NCBI RefSeq assembly: GCF_006345805.1
Contig: NW_021835870.1
Span: forward strand, 1 to 37,953
Source of the DNA: Octopus sinensis
Lineage: Eukaryota
DNA: 37,953 bases
Reading direction: 5' to 3'
Shown here: positions 25,471 through 37,953 of the stretch, piece by piece
Layout of the letters: each line of letters starts with the position of its first letter
Position numbering within the stretch: the first letter of the stretch is position 1
Notes under the pieces: generated by a model
Told to the model about the DNA's origin: nothing
The model's input: only the letters and a program-made list of their open reading frames with translations
Databases searched by the model: none
Program-made: the position numbers and the translations under genes

Positions 25471-28400
25471 ACAATGGCGACGAGGATTTCGTAGCTCCCA
25501 CAGCCACTGTGTAGTATTGCGATATAACAGTGGCGACGAGGATTTCGCAGCTTCCACAGCCACTGTGTAGTATTGCGATGTAACTATGGCGACGAGGATT
25601 TCTTAGCTCCCACAGCCACTATGTAGTATTGCGATATAACAGTGGCGACGAGGATTTCGTAGCTCCCACAGCCACTGTGTAGTATTGCGATATAACAGTG
25701 GCGACGAAGATTTCGTAGCTCCCACAGCCACTGTGTAGTATTGCGATATAACAGTGGCGACGAAGATTTCGTAGCTCCCACAGCCACTGTGTAGTATTGC
25801 GATATACAGTGGCGACGAGATTCGTAGCTCCCACAGCCACTGTGTAGTATTGCGATATAACAGTGGCGACGAGGATTTCGTAGCTCCCACAGCCACTGTG
25901 TAGTATTGCGATATAACAGTGGCGACGAAGATTCGTAGCTCCCACAGCCATGTGTAGTATTGCGATAAACAGTGGCGACGAAGATTTCGTAGCTACCCAC
26001 AGCCACTGTGTAGTATTGCGATTATAGCAGTGGCGACGAGGATTTCGTAGGTCACACAGCCACTGTGTAGTATTGCGATATAACAGTGGCGACGAAGATT
26101 TCGTAGCTCCCACAGCCACTGTGTAGTATTGCGATATAACAGTGGCGACGAAGGATTTCGTAGCTCCCACAGCCACTGTGTAGTATTGCGATTATACAGT
26201 GGCGACGAGGATTTGTAGCTCCCACAGCCACTGTGTAGTATTGCGATATAACTGTGGCGACGAGGATTTCGTAGCTCCCACAGCCACTGTGTAGTATTGC
26301 GATATAACAGTGGCGACGAAGGATTTCGTAGCTCCACAGCCACTGTGTAGTATTGCGATGATAAACAGTGGCGACGAAGATTTCGTAGCTCCCACAGCCA
26401 CTGTGTAGTATTGCGATATAACAGTGGCGACGAGGATTTCGTAGCTCCCACAGCCACTGTGTAGTATTGCGATTATAACAGGGCGACGAAGATTTCGTAG
26501 CTCCCACAGCCACTGTGTAGTATTGCGATTATAACAGTGGCGACGAGGATTTCGTAGCTCCCACAGCCACTGTGTAGTATTGCGATATAACAGTGGCGAC
26601 GAAGATTTCGTAGCTCCCACAGCCACTGTGTAGTATTGCGATATAACAGTGGCGACGAGGATTTCGTCGCTCCAACAGCCACTGTGTAGTATGCGATTAT
26701 AACAGTGGCGACGAAGATTTCGTTACTCCCACAGCCATGTGTAGTATTGCGATATACAGTGGCCGACGAGGATTTCGTCGCTCCCACAGCCACGTGGTAG
26801 TATTGCGATATAACAGTGGCGACGAAGATTTCGTAGCTCCACAGCCACTGTGTAGTATTGCGATATAACAGTGGCGACGAGGATTTCGTAGCTCCCACAG
26901 CCACTGTGTAGTATTGCGATATAACAGGGCGACGAAGATTCGTAGCTCCCACAGCCACTGTGTAGTATTGCGATATAACAGTGGCGACGAGGATTTCGTA
27001 GCACACACAGCCACTGTGTAGGATTGCGATATAACAGTGGCGACGAGGATTTCGTAGCTCCCACAGCCACTGTGTAGTATTGCGATTTCTATAAACAGTG
27101 GCGACGAGGATTTCGTCGCTCCCACAGCCACTGTGTAGTATTGCGATATAACAGTGGCGACGAAGATTTCGTAGCTCCCACAGCCACTGTGTAGTATTGC
27201 GATATAACAGTGGCGACGAGGATTCGTAGCCCGCCAAAGCCAGTTGTAGTATTGCGATATAACAGTGGCGACGAGGATTTCGTCGCTCCCACAGCCACTG
27301 TGTAGTATTGCGATATAACAGTGGCGACGAAGATTTCGTAGCTCCCACAGCCACTGTGTAGTATTGCGATATAACAGTGGCGACGAGGATTTCGTCGCTC
27401 CCACAGCCACTGTGTAGTATTGCGATATAACAGTGGCGACGAAGATTTCGTAGCTCCCACAGCCACTGTGTAGTATTGCGATATAACAGTGGCGACGAGG
27501 ATTTCGTAGCTCCCACAGCCACTGTGTAGTATTGCGATATAACAGTGGCGACGAAGATTTCGTAGCTCCCACAGCCACTGTGTAGTATTGCGATATACAG
27601 TGGTCGACGAGGATTTCGTAGCTCCCACAGCCACTGTGTAGTATTGCGATATAACAGTGGCGACGAGGATTTCGTCGCTCCACAGCCACTGTGTAGTATT
27701 GCGATATAACAGTGGCGACGAAGATTTCGTAGCTCCCACAGCCACTGTGTAGTATTGCGATATAACAGTGGCGACGAGGATTTCGTAGCTCCACAGCCAC
27801 TGTGTAGTATTGCGATATACAGTGGCGACGAGGATTTCGTAGCTCCCACAGCCACTGTGTTATTGCGATATAACAGTGGCGACGAGGATTTCGTAAGCTC
27901 CCACAGCCACTGTGTAGTATTGCGATATACAGTGGCGACGAAGATTTCGTAGCTCCCACCCCACTGTGTAGTATTGCGATATAACAGTGGCGACGAAGAT
28001 TCGTAGCTCCCACAGCCACTGTGTAGTATTGCGATATAACAGTGGCGACGAAGATTTCGTAGCTCCCACAGCCACTGTGTAGTATTGCGATATAACAGTG
28101 GCGACGAGGATTTCGTAGCTCCCAGCCACTGTGTAGTATTGCGATATAACAGTGGCGACGAGGATTTCGTCACTCCCACAGCCACTGTGTAGTATTGCGA
28201 TATACAGTGGCGACGAAGATTTCGTAGCTTCCCACAGCCACTGTGTAGTATTGCGATATAACAGTGGCGACGAGGATTTCGTCGCTCCCACAGCCACTGT
28301 GTAGTATTGCGATATACAGTGGCGACGAAGATTTCGTAGCTCCCACAGCCACTGTGTAGTATTGCGATATAACAGTGGCGACGAGGATTTCGTCGCTCCC

Positions 28401-28983
28401 ACAGCCACTGTGTAGTATTGCGATATAACAGTGGCGACGAAGATTTCGTAGCTCCACAGCCACTGTGTAGTTGCGATATAACAGTGGCGACGAGGATTCG
28501 TAGCTCCCACAGCCACTGTGTAGTATTGCGATATAGTGGCGACGAAGATTTCGTAGCTCCCACAGCCACTGTGTAGTATTGCGATATAACAGTGGCGACG
28601 AGGATTTCGTAGCACACACAGCCACTGTGTAGTATTGCGATATAACAGTGGCGACGAAGATTTCGTAGCTCCCACAGCCACTGTGTAGTATTGCGATATA
28701 ACAGTGGCGACGAGGATTTCGTAGCTCCCACAGCCACTGTGTAGTATTGCGATATAACAGTGGCGACGAAGATTTCGTAGCTCCCACAGCCACTGTGTAG
28801 TATTGCGATATAACAGTGGCGACGAGGATTTCGTAGCTCCCACAGCCACTGTGTAGTATTGCGATATAACAGTGGCGACGAAGATTTCGTAGCTCCCACA
28901 GTCACTGTGTAGTATTGCGATATAACAGTGGCGACGAGGATTTCGTAGCTCCCACAGCCACTGTGTAGTATTGCGATATAACA
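25471..28983. repeat. 56-bp tandem satellite, about 63 units
   Basis: Consensus cagtggcgacga(g/a)gatttcgtagctcccacagccactgtgtagtattgcgatataa repeated head to tail with high identity and no unique spacers. Confidence 0.98.
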
Positions 28984-29212
28984 ATTTCTAAGAACGTATA
29001 AATCAAGGTTTAACTAAAAGTCTGAAAACAAATATGGACGTTTAAAACAAACTTACGAAAGTGATTTAGGGTTAGGGATTAATTTAAAACAAAGATTAAT
29101 TTAGAACAAATTTCTTTGAGCAATGAAAGCTATTTCAAATTCTAAAGCGAATTTGAAATTTACTATTCCATAACTAAAATACTCAGATTAATGATTGGAG
29201 TGCAAATTGACG

Positions 29213-29362
29213 AAAACATGTCCTATCACGATTGGAAAATATGTCCTATCACGATTGGAAAATATGTCCTATCACGATTGGAAAATATGTCCTATCACGA
29301 TTGGAAAATATGTCCTATCACAACATGTTTTCACGATTGTGAAAACATGTCCTATCACGATT
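29213..29362. repeat. 23-bp minisatellite
   Basis: atgtcctatcacgattggaaaat four times plus partial and variant units, including a palindrome at 29323-29350. Confidence 0.95.
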
Positions 29363-29902
29363 GTGACAAAGGGTGGATTACAGTATATTAAAAGCGTTAT
29401 ATGTATAGGCATATAAGGCATACAACAAAATTCCTTATATATTAATGACAGCATAACTAAAATTAATACATATATTTTCTATCTTTTATGCAACGAATGA
29501 GAGAAATCTGAGCAATAATTGACGTTGTGTAAGTATCCGTGGAAAGCATCTATTAGAAGGCAAACATTAAAATGAACATATAGATAGATCAAGCGTGCAT
29601 ACATGGAGGAGAATATTTCGGGATTGCCATTAATTATTCATTAAGTTTTTAGTTCATTCCAGGAAACTATGTGACATAAACATAGCAGTAACCTTCGTGG
29701 AAGTCAGCTACGTTGTTGTTACGCGATTTTTTACTTTGAAGGCTACCCCAATATATCATATTGAGAGATTTATATTTCTAAATGAGACACCTCTCATCAC
29801 ATACACATACACCACACACGTGTGTGTGTATGTGTGCGTGCGTGTGTGTGTGTATAAAATTGAAGATGACTCAGTAGCGAGTATGACCGCTGCTCGTAAA
29901 TG

Positions 29903-30151
29903 TATTTCTTTACTACCCACAAGGGGCTAAACGCAGAGGGGACAAACAAGGACAGACAAACGGATCAAGTCGATTACATCGACTCCAGTGCGTAAATGGT
30001 ACTTAATTTATCGACCCCGAAAGGATGAAAGGCAAAGTCGACCTCGGCGGAATTTGAACTCAGAACGTAACGGCAGACGAAATACGGCTATGCATTTCGC
30101 CTGGTGTGCTAACGTTTCTGCCAGCACGCCGCCTGGGGCCGGCTCGCCGCC
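29903..30151 (-). mobile_element. SINE family B, full length and young (tRNA-derived head; Nin/Deu-like core)
   Basis: Minus strand has a ggcggcg.gctggcagaaacgttagc head, a gagttcaaattcc B box and a gcctttcatcctttcggggtcgataaattaagtacc core. It is flanked by the direct repeat (c)tcgtaaatg at 29893-29902 and 30151-30160. Confidence 0.9.
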
Positions 30152-30907
30152 TCGTAAATGAGCTTTAAATTGACGATGAATTCTTAGCTCAGCTGATGAT
30201 CAGTAGCATTTACTACAATTATCTCGTAAACGTCTCTTCTCAGTTAAATGCATTACAGTATCGTGAAAGTTAACATTGCGTACAGACATGTCTTTTCAAA
30301 CCATCAATAAAAAAGACAGTATATTTATATACCCCGATTGGTAGGCGTATGTTCTTTCAAGTGACGAAGATTAATCGGGTTGTGTTGGTTAATATTTTCT
30401 TGAATGGTTGTCAAAACCTAGATAGTTAAACTCAGCTACAAGTATAACATTTCAGAGGATAACTCACACCTAAAAAGTTTCATTTCGGTGCATTTTGTTT
30501 TAATCTTATAGCTCCCTTCAAAATGTATGGAAATATTCAGCATATATTTTTCTCCATGACGCACTATCAACTACATTAGTTTTTTAACTTTTCACATGAA
30601 TGTTACTTTCTTCAAGCCATCAATTACATCTTAAGATAGCTGTGTAACTATTAAAAGATGACAAAAGCAGTTACACTCACTTTCGTTGGTTATTTAATAG
30701 TATCCTGTACTACGAAGTTTTCATAGTTCCTCCGCAATCTGCTCACTTATACAGTTCAACCGATGCAGGAAATTATATCAACCTCGAGTTGACTAATATC
30801 CCGTGAATGTAGTGTATTCATACATACATAAATACACAGTATAGAAGACCTTTAGTAGTTCTCAAATGATTCAAATTTAAACTTCGGTGTCTTTACAGGG
30901 GAACAAT

Positions 30908-31008
30908 TCCACGGGGTAAACAATGGCTATAAGATGGATTAAGTTCAACAAATATGGAGACAGTACGCTCCTCTTGACTCCTCTTATAGCCATTCTTTAC
31001 CCTGTGGA
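30908..31008. mobile_element. Roughly 100-bp hairpin / MITE-like element
   Basis: Imperfect inverted repeats of about 35 bp: tccacggggtaaacaatggctataaga / tcttatagccattctttaccctgtgga. Confidence 0.65.
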
Positions 31009-31189
31009 TATTCATCGGAGTCTCATTTTGACACATTTGAGCACTACTAAGTGTCTTCTATACTGAGAATCTCTGGATCTCACCTATTGACTATACATAG
31101 ACACACGTACATATGTGTAAATGCGTGTGAGTGTGTGGGCGTGTGTGTGCTCGCATATTCATATGTATACATATGTGTGTCTATAGGCA

Positions 31190-31360
31190 CACCGGTGCAC
31201 TCTTTTGTGTCAAAGCTAACTTGGCCATTCGATGAACATCGATCGATAAAATGAGAAACAGATTGAAATAAATGCTGGGATCGATACGATCGACCGAAAT
31301 CCCTTGAAGGTTGCGTCCCAGCATGGCCGTAATCAAATAACAGAAACCAATAAAATAAAA
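31190..31360 (+). mobile_element. SINE family A 3' tail, degenerate
   Basis: ctgggatcgat...cccttgaaggttgcgtcccagcatggccg...cagaaaccaataaaa. Confidence 0.6.
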
Positions 31361-31725
31361 AAAAAATTACTATAATATACAACTGAAAACAACTTTCAAA
31401 AGTTCTCTGATCAACATTAGATTGCTGTCTTTACAACTTCAATGACGGAAACACTTTCTGAAATGCCACCATTTTATATAATCATTATTCAAAAAATTTA
31501 TTGAATAATGAATATAGTCAATAGGAAAAAGAAAAACCTAGATTAACAAATAGACAAAGAAACAGACAGACTGTCATACATATATATATATAGCTGCGTA
31601 TATCACTATGGTTGAGTTTATGTGTGTATGTATGTGTATCTGTATATGGATATATGTGTATATATATATACACGTATATATATATGTGCATACGTATATA
31701 TACATATGTGTGTATATACATATAT

Positions 31726-31758
<33 letters not shown>

Positions 31759-32191
31759 CATACATACATACATACATACATACATACATACATACATACA
31801 TACATACATACATACATACATACATACATACATACATACATACATACGTACGTACGTACCTAAACAGACAAGAAAAGTGGGATAGGGAATAGTGAAAGAT
31901 TGATTAATCAATTCGATGATTGATTGATAAATTGATTGTCTGATTACAAACAAAGGCAACTATGACGAAAGGGAAGGAATCGTATAAATATATTTAAACC
32001 GAGAAGTGCAACAAATTGTTGGTTTGATGGTATTCAATATAGAATACTTTGTGCAAAACTGCCACTTTTCAAGGATATATTTGTTACTACAAATTCATTG
32101 ATAACTTCCAGTGTTCGAATTATAAAGGGATCTGAAGACTAATATACTGTTATTATATAAGCCTATGCTTACACATCATTACTTTTACATA

Positions 32192-32247
<56 letters not shown>

Positions 32248-32463
32248 CATACATATATATATAACACACTCACACACATATATACATACATATATATGAG
32301 CACATACATATATAATATATATACATGCATGCATACATACATACATACATACATACATACTACATACATACATACATACATACATACATACATACACATA
32401 TATATATGTATATATATGTATTGTTAAACCAAAATTATGTATATATATCTTTACATGTATATG

Positions 32464-32537
<74 letters not shown>

Positions 32538-32617
32538 TATATACATACAGACAGACAGATATATATATACACACATACAAATAGTTTTGTTTTATACTCT
32601 AAGCAATTTACAGAGGC

Positions 32618-32654
<37 letters not shown>

Positions 32655-33991
32655 GTGAATGTGTGTATTATTTATGTATGTATTTCTGTATGTATGTATG
32701 TATGTATGTATGTATGTATGTATGTATGTCTGTATGTACGTATGCATGTATGCATGTATGTATGAATGTATGTATGAATGGTTGTCTTTGTTACACAACT
32801 GCTCAGAGTTATAAAACAAAACTATACTTAATAAGAGGCGGAGGAAGAATAAATAGCAGTCGAAAGTGATCATGCAATTACAAACACTACAGAAGGCAAT
32901 ACTCAGTTCAAATCCTCACAAACAAAACAACTTGTCTTAATTGTAGATCTCCGTTTGAATGTCTTATCTGGGAAAAGAAACAAACAAAAAAAATTGTATA
33001 TGAAGTTAATAATTTACCTTTCCTTCATCTAATAATTCCTTCTTTGCAGCGATATAACTAATTTCTGAGAAAACAAATACAGACTTACAAATACACAAGC
33101 AAACACTATAGTTGCTAAACATCCATTAATGATAGCTTTCCGATTACAAATTATCCTCAAAACACCATGCCGATGGCGTTCAGTGTAAAACATTTCTATA
33201 GAATGTACTGTGATTCCATTTCGAGAATATTCGAGGTAAACAACGCATTATCAAAACTGAAAACAAAGATAAAAGTAATAAGTGTATTATGAAATATGAT
33301 TATTAAATCTAACATAGCCGGAGTTCTTTTGTGTTACATAAAAGATATTGTTTAGTAAAACTGGGCATATATTCAGAAAGGTGAAATTTTAAACAATTGC
33401 GTAAACTCGCTACAATTGTTTCTTTGGTAAGGGGGAAAATTCTATTCAAAATGGAGTCCATGTACTAGTCAGCCAGTTCCATTCCATATCGTTTCTTCTT
33501 CTTCATTCTTTACTACCAGTTATTTTCTAAGCAATTCGGTGGCATATCCTTTCCTAGTTCTACGAAATTCATGCGTTTTTATTTCTTTATCAGTATGCTG
33601 TACACGAAAGTCTCTTAAAGATAAACAATGTTACTGTAAGGAATGCTACAAGCAACGTAATGGAACTTTCTATGGAAAATATAATTGTCCTCAATATTAT
33701 GCTTTCTTTACTTTTCTCATTTGATGTTCCGCTGCTACTTTCTCTCTCAATATATTAACACATCACATGCACATACACACACACGCGCATATACTCACAC
33801 ATATATTCAAATTTAACGATGAGAATAACAAGGAAAGACGAAGTGAAAACAGTGTAATCTTTATTTGATGCTTATACATATATACATGCATATAATGTAT
33901 AGATGTATATATACATACATAAATACATACAAACACATATACACACTCAGATATATATTCATACACACACACACACACATACATATATATC

Positions 33992-34520
<529 letters not shown>

Positions 34521-34543
34521 TATGTATATATACATATTTATAG

Positions 34544-34577
<34 letters not shown>

Positions 34578-34655
34578 GTGAAAAGGAACACACGAGTTGA
34601 TATATATGAAAAACAAGTAAAAAATAAAAATGCTAAAATAATTTTATAGTGAACA

Positions 34656-34704
34656 TTTCAGTACCGGTTTTCGGTCGGTCATTTTGAGACCTTTTCAACT
34701 GTAA
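34656..34704 (-). ncRNA. Inverted copy of the hammerhead-like motif at 35697-35740
   Basis: Same motif with an extra gacc and an extra A near GAAA (real decay or consensus error). Confidence 0.5.
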
Positions 34705-35696
34705 CGATTAAATAATTAAATTTAGAAAATTAGAAGAAAAGTTTTCTTAAAGAATATTTCTATAGTAGTGTTCAGATTTAAGTGGCATTCTGCCTTTCTC
34801 TGACTCCCTTGTTTGCACTTGTGTTTTCGAGTAGTTGGAGTTCTTGGTAGGGTAGTAGAGGGAGGCTGGTGAGGAAAGGGGGGTGGGAGAATCTGGGAGT
34901 GCCCTGATGGTCGTATTTTGAATGGTCAGTGGCGGCTGGCAGTCTCAGTTCAATTCAGGAGAATATTTATATTGACAGGCTTGTTTATAGAATTAGCGTA
35001 GGTGTTTATACTAAAAAACATTAGTGACAAACTTAAGGGGTAGGGGGTGGAGAAGAAGAAGAAGAAGAAGAAGAAGAAGAAGAAGAAGGAGAAGGAGAAG
35101 GAGAAGATGATGGTGATGGTGGTGATGATTATGACGACGATTATGATGATCGATGATGATGAAGAAGAAGGAGGAGAAGGAGAAGATGGTGTGATGATGG
35201 TGGCGATGATGATGACGCCGATGATGATATACGATGATGATGAAGAAGAAGAAGAAAAAAAAACAAGAAAAACCACCATCATCTTCTCCTTCTCCGTCTC
35301 TCTTCTTCTTCTTCTTCTTCTTCTTCTTCTCTTCTTCTTCTTCTTCTTCCCACCCCCTACCCCTTAAGTTTGTCACTAATGTTTTTTAGTATAACACCTA
35401 CGCTAATTCTATAAACAAGCCTGTCAATATAAATATTCTCCTGAATTGAACTGAGACTGCCAGCCGCCACTGACCATTCAAAATACGACCATCAGGGCAC
35501 TCCCAGATTCTCCCACCCCCCTTTCCTCACCAGCCTTCCCTCTACTACCCTACAAAACTCACAACTACCTCGAACACACAAGTGCAAACAAGGAGTCAGA
35601 GAAAGGCAGAATGCCACTTAAATCTGAACACTACTATAGAAATATTCTTTTAAGAAAACTTTTCTTCTAATTTTTCTAAATTTAATTATTTAATCG

Positions 35697-35740
35697 TTAC
35701 AGTTGAAAAGGTCTCAAAATGACCGAAACCGGTACTGAAA
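35697..35740 (+). ncRNA. Minimal type I hammerhead ribozyme with U3-A8 covariation
   Basis: Reads ttacag-TTGAAAA-ggtc-tcaaaat-gacc-GAAA-ccgg-TA-ctgaaa. It has stem I cag/ctg, a perfect stem II closed by G-C, a palindromic ACCGGT stem III and a GUA cleavage triplet; C3-G8 is replaced by U3-A8. Confidence 0.65.
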
Positions 35741-35820
35741 TGTTCACTATAAAATTATTTTAGCATTTTCTATTTTTTACTTGTTTTTTCATATATATAT
35801 ATATATACATATACATATAT

Positions 35821-35871
<51 letters not shown>

Positions 35872-35872
35872 C

Positions 35873-35926
<54 letters not shown>

Positions 35927-36380
35927 TACATACATATACACATATATATACACGCGCACACAACACATATATACATACACACACATATACATACACACAC
36001 TGACATTCAATGAACTAATACCTTGATATTGTTTTATGATGGAGTGTTTACAAAATTCGATCTGCGAGCAATGTAAGACCAACATACACACACACACAAC
36101 ACACACACACACACATGCTCAGCAGATAACACCACTCATAACATATATACATATAACAATCTTTTTACTTTTCCTTTTTCTTTCCATCTCTTAATATCAA
36201 TATTTCATTTTCTCAATCCTTCCAAGAAGCGCAGGGCTTTCTTTGCATAGACAAAAGTACAAAACATGAGCTCAGTATAGCCTAGGTCATCGAGGCTGCC
36301 TCTGTTTCTTAGTAAACTTACACCATTAACAGTAGAAGTGAGATATTAGGCGCGCAGTATCACTGTTTCACAATCACTGA

Positions 36381-36560
36381 TGGCATCCTTTTTATCTCGG
36401 GAAACAAAGGGGTTGCGCATAAAATAATCTAGTCCGGCTTTTACATTTCATGTCCTAATACATCTCCTGCTGTGGCTGTGTAGTCCTAACCTGGACAAAC
36501 ACTCCTTCTGGCAGGTGCCGCAAATGTAGCGAAGACTTTGCCTGGCTGGTTGTAATGTCA
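36381..36560 (-). mobile_element. RTE-clade LINE 3' terminal fragment (C-terminal zinc finger plus 3' UTR)
   Basis: The minus strand encodes RYICGTCQKECLSRLGLHSHSRRCIRT* (stop at 36448-36450), the CxxC...SRxGLxSH motif that ends RTE ORFs. It is too short for the ORF track. Confidence 0.7.
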
Positions 36561-36747
36561 TACTTTCTTGTCAATAGTAATGTCATAGTTTCTTGTCATA
36601 GTTTCTTCACAATCTCTAAACACCAAATATTCAGTGAATACTCCTGCAAAATTATTGGCGCTGTCCCTGCCCCATTTTGGCCACACTAATGGCTGGAACC
36701 AGTGGAAGAGTGGCAAAGAAATAATTCCGCGTATATTTATCATCTAC

Positions 36748-37173
36748 CTTTTACACGTTTCACTCACTGGATTGCAGCCATTCTGGGACACTGCTTGGAA
36801 GCGTTTTAGCCGTATGAGTCAACTCCAGTATTTTTTTTTAAATATATATCTAGTAATTATTTTTTTGGTTTATTTTGCCGCGCTGCTAAGTTACGAGAAC
36901 ATAAACAAACCAACGCCGGTTGTCAAGTGGTAGTGGGGACAAACACAAACACAATGACATGCGTTCACACGCACACACATACACACACACATACACACGC
37001 ACGTACGTATATACATATACGCGGGAGGCTTTCACAGTTTCCGTCGAAAAATTTTGTTCACAAGACATCGGACTGCCCAGGGCTATAGTAGAAAACACTA
37101 GAGTAGATACTGCTCAGTGGAGCTGAATCCGAGACCACGTGACTGCAAAGCAAGCTTCTAACTAGACAGCCAT
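36748..37173 (-). mobile_element. SINE family A, full length, diverged
   Basis: The reverse complement is colinear with 33992-34520, including the internal microsatellite. Confidence 0.8.
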
Positions 37174-37718
37174 ATTGGATATTTCCAAATAATACTTTTG
37201 TTGTTCAGCCCCAAGTTTGTGCTGACGGTACTTAATATTAGTCCCGTCCTTACTTTAACCATTGTAAATCCAAGACTTCGTTATCCAGTATGTTTATGTC
37301 TTTGCTTAAGTACAATCGGGGAAAATTTGGCTGTTGGTTCTAGCTACTGTGTAAAGATTTCCTTCCTTTTTGGTTCATTTCATAAAAATATCTTATTGAA
37401 AGGTTAAACATAGAAATCCAACAAAGGTTACTTGTGTCTAAAACCAATTACCTCCGAATCTCTAATGCTGAACGCACGGCATATAATATAGCTTCTGGGT
37501 TTTAGGTTTTTTTCTCTTTTTCTTTTTGTCTCATAATTATAAAGTCAAATCCTGGCTACTTACCTACCTACTTTCCTCTACCTTAGTACCTTCTACAGGC
37601 AACACACACACACATAATATATATACATATATATATGACATGTATCATACGTACAATATGATAGATAATATACATATACATTTGTGTGTGTATGCGTGAG
37701 TGTGCGTGTGTGTGTATG

Positions 37719-37752
<34 letters not shown>

Positions 37753-37953
37753 GTGTGTTGTGCGTGTGTTGTGTGTGTGTGTGTGTGTGTGTATGCATGT
37801 ATGTGTGTATGTATGTATGCCAGCAATCTCGCCACGCCCACACCCATCTCGCTCAAACTAGCAAAAGAACGAGTGCGTATGTGAGTGTATTTGTTTGTGT
37901 GTGTGTGCATGTGTGAGAGAATGTGAGTATGTGTGTGTCGCTCCTCCTCCTCT

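Larger units (their letters stand above)
34600..35798. repeat. Roughly 1.2-kb inverted duplication (Penelope-like pLTR arms around a GAA/GAT/TTC core)
   Basis: 34608-35050 is the reverse complement of 35350-35790 apart from small indels and a few substitutions; symmetry continues through (GAA)n/(TTC)n to about 35115/35274. Confidence 0.95.

Noticed and set aside
25471-28983. CRISPR array or long protein ORFs (up to 810 aa) in the repeat
   Set aside because: Units are contiguous with no unique spacers and no cas genes. The ORFs arise because the minus strand of the 56-bp unit lacks stop codons in all three frames.

Overview
AT-rich, non-coding eukaryotic DNA. The repeat families resemble those I recall from octopus/cephalopod genomes, but that assignment is from memory, not a search. 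No host protein-coding gene, rRNA, tRNA or CRISPR array is supportable, and almost every ORF in the track is a translation of (TA)n/(CA)n/(TACA)n/(GATA)n/(ATT)n microsatellites or of a satellite. The window is a mosaic of: (i) decayed non-LTR retrotransposon fragments, namely a CR1-like reverse transcriptase (9811-11011), an R4/Dong-like zinc-knuckle plus restriction-like endonuclease end inside (TAA)n (12831-13460) and an RTE-like 3' end (36381-36560); (ii) many copies of at least three tRNA-derived SINE families; (iii) several MITEs and a Helitron-like element; (iv) a 3.5-kb array of a structured 56-bp satellite (25471-28983); and (v) fold-back palindromes, the largest about 1.2 kb (34600-35798). 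The most notable signal is a set of four unrelated minimal type I hammerhead-ribozyme-like motifs (56-103, 297-340, 11169-11204, and 35697-35740 with an inverted copy at 34656-34704). They are of the kind known from Penelope-like element pLTRs, and three have non-canonical cores. The satellite unit also has a weaker hammerhead-like layout and appears to have grown out of a small inverted-repeat element.
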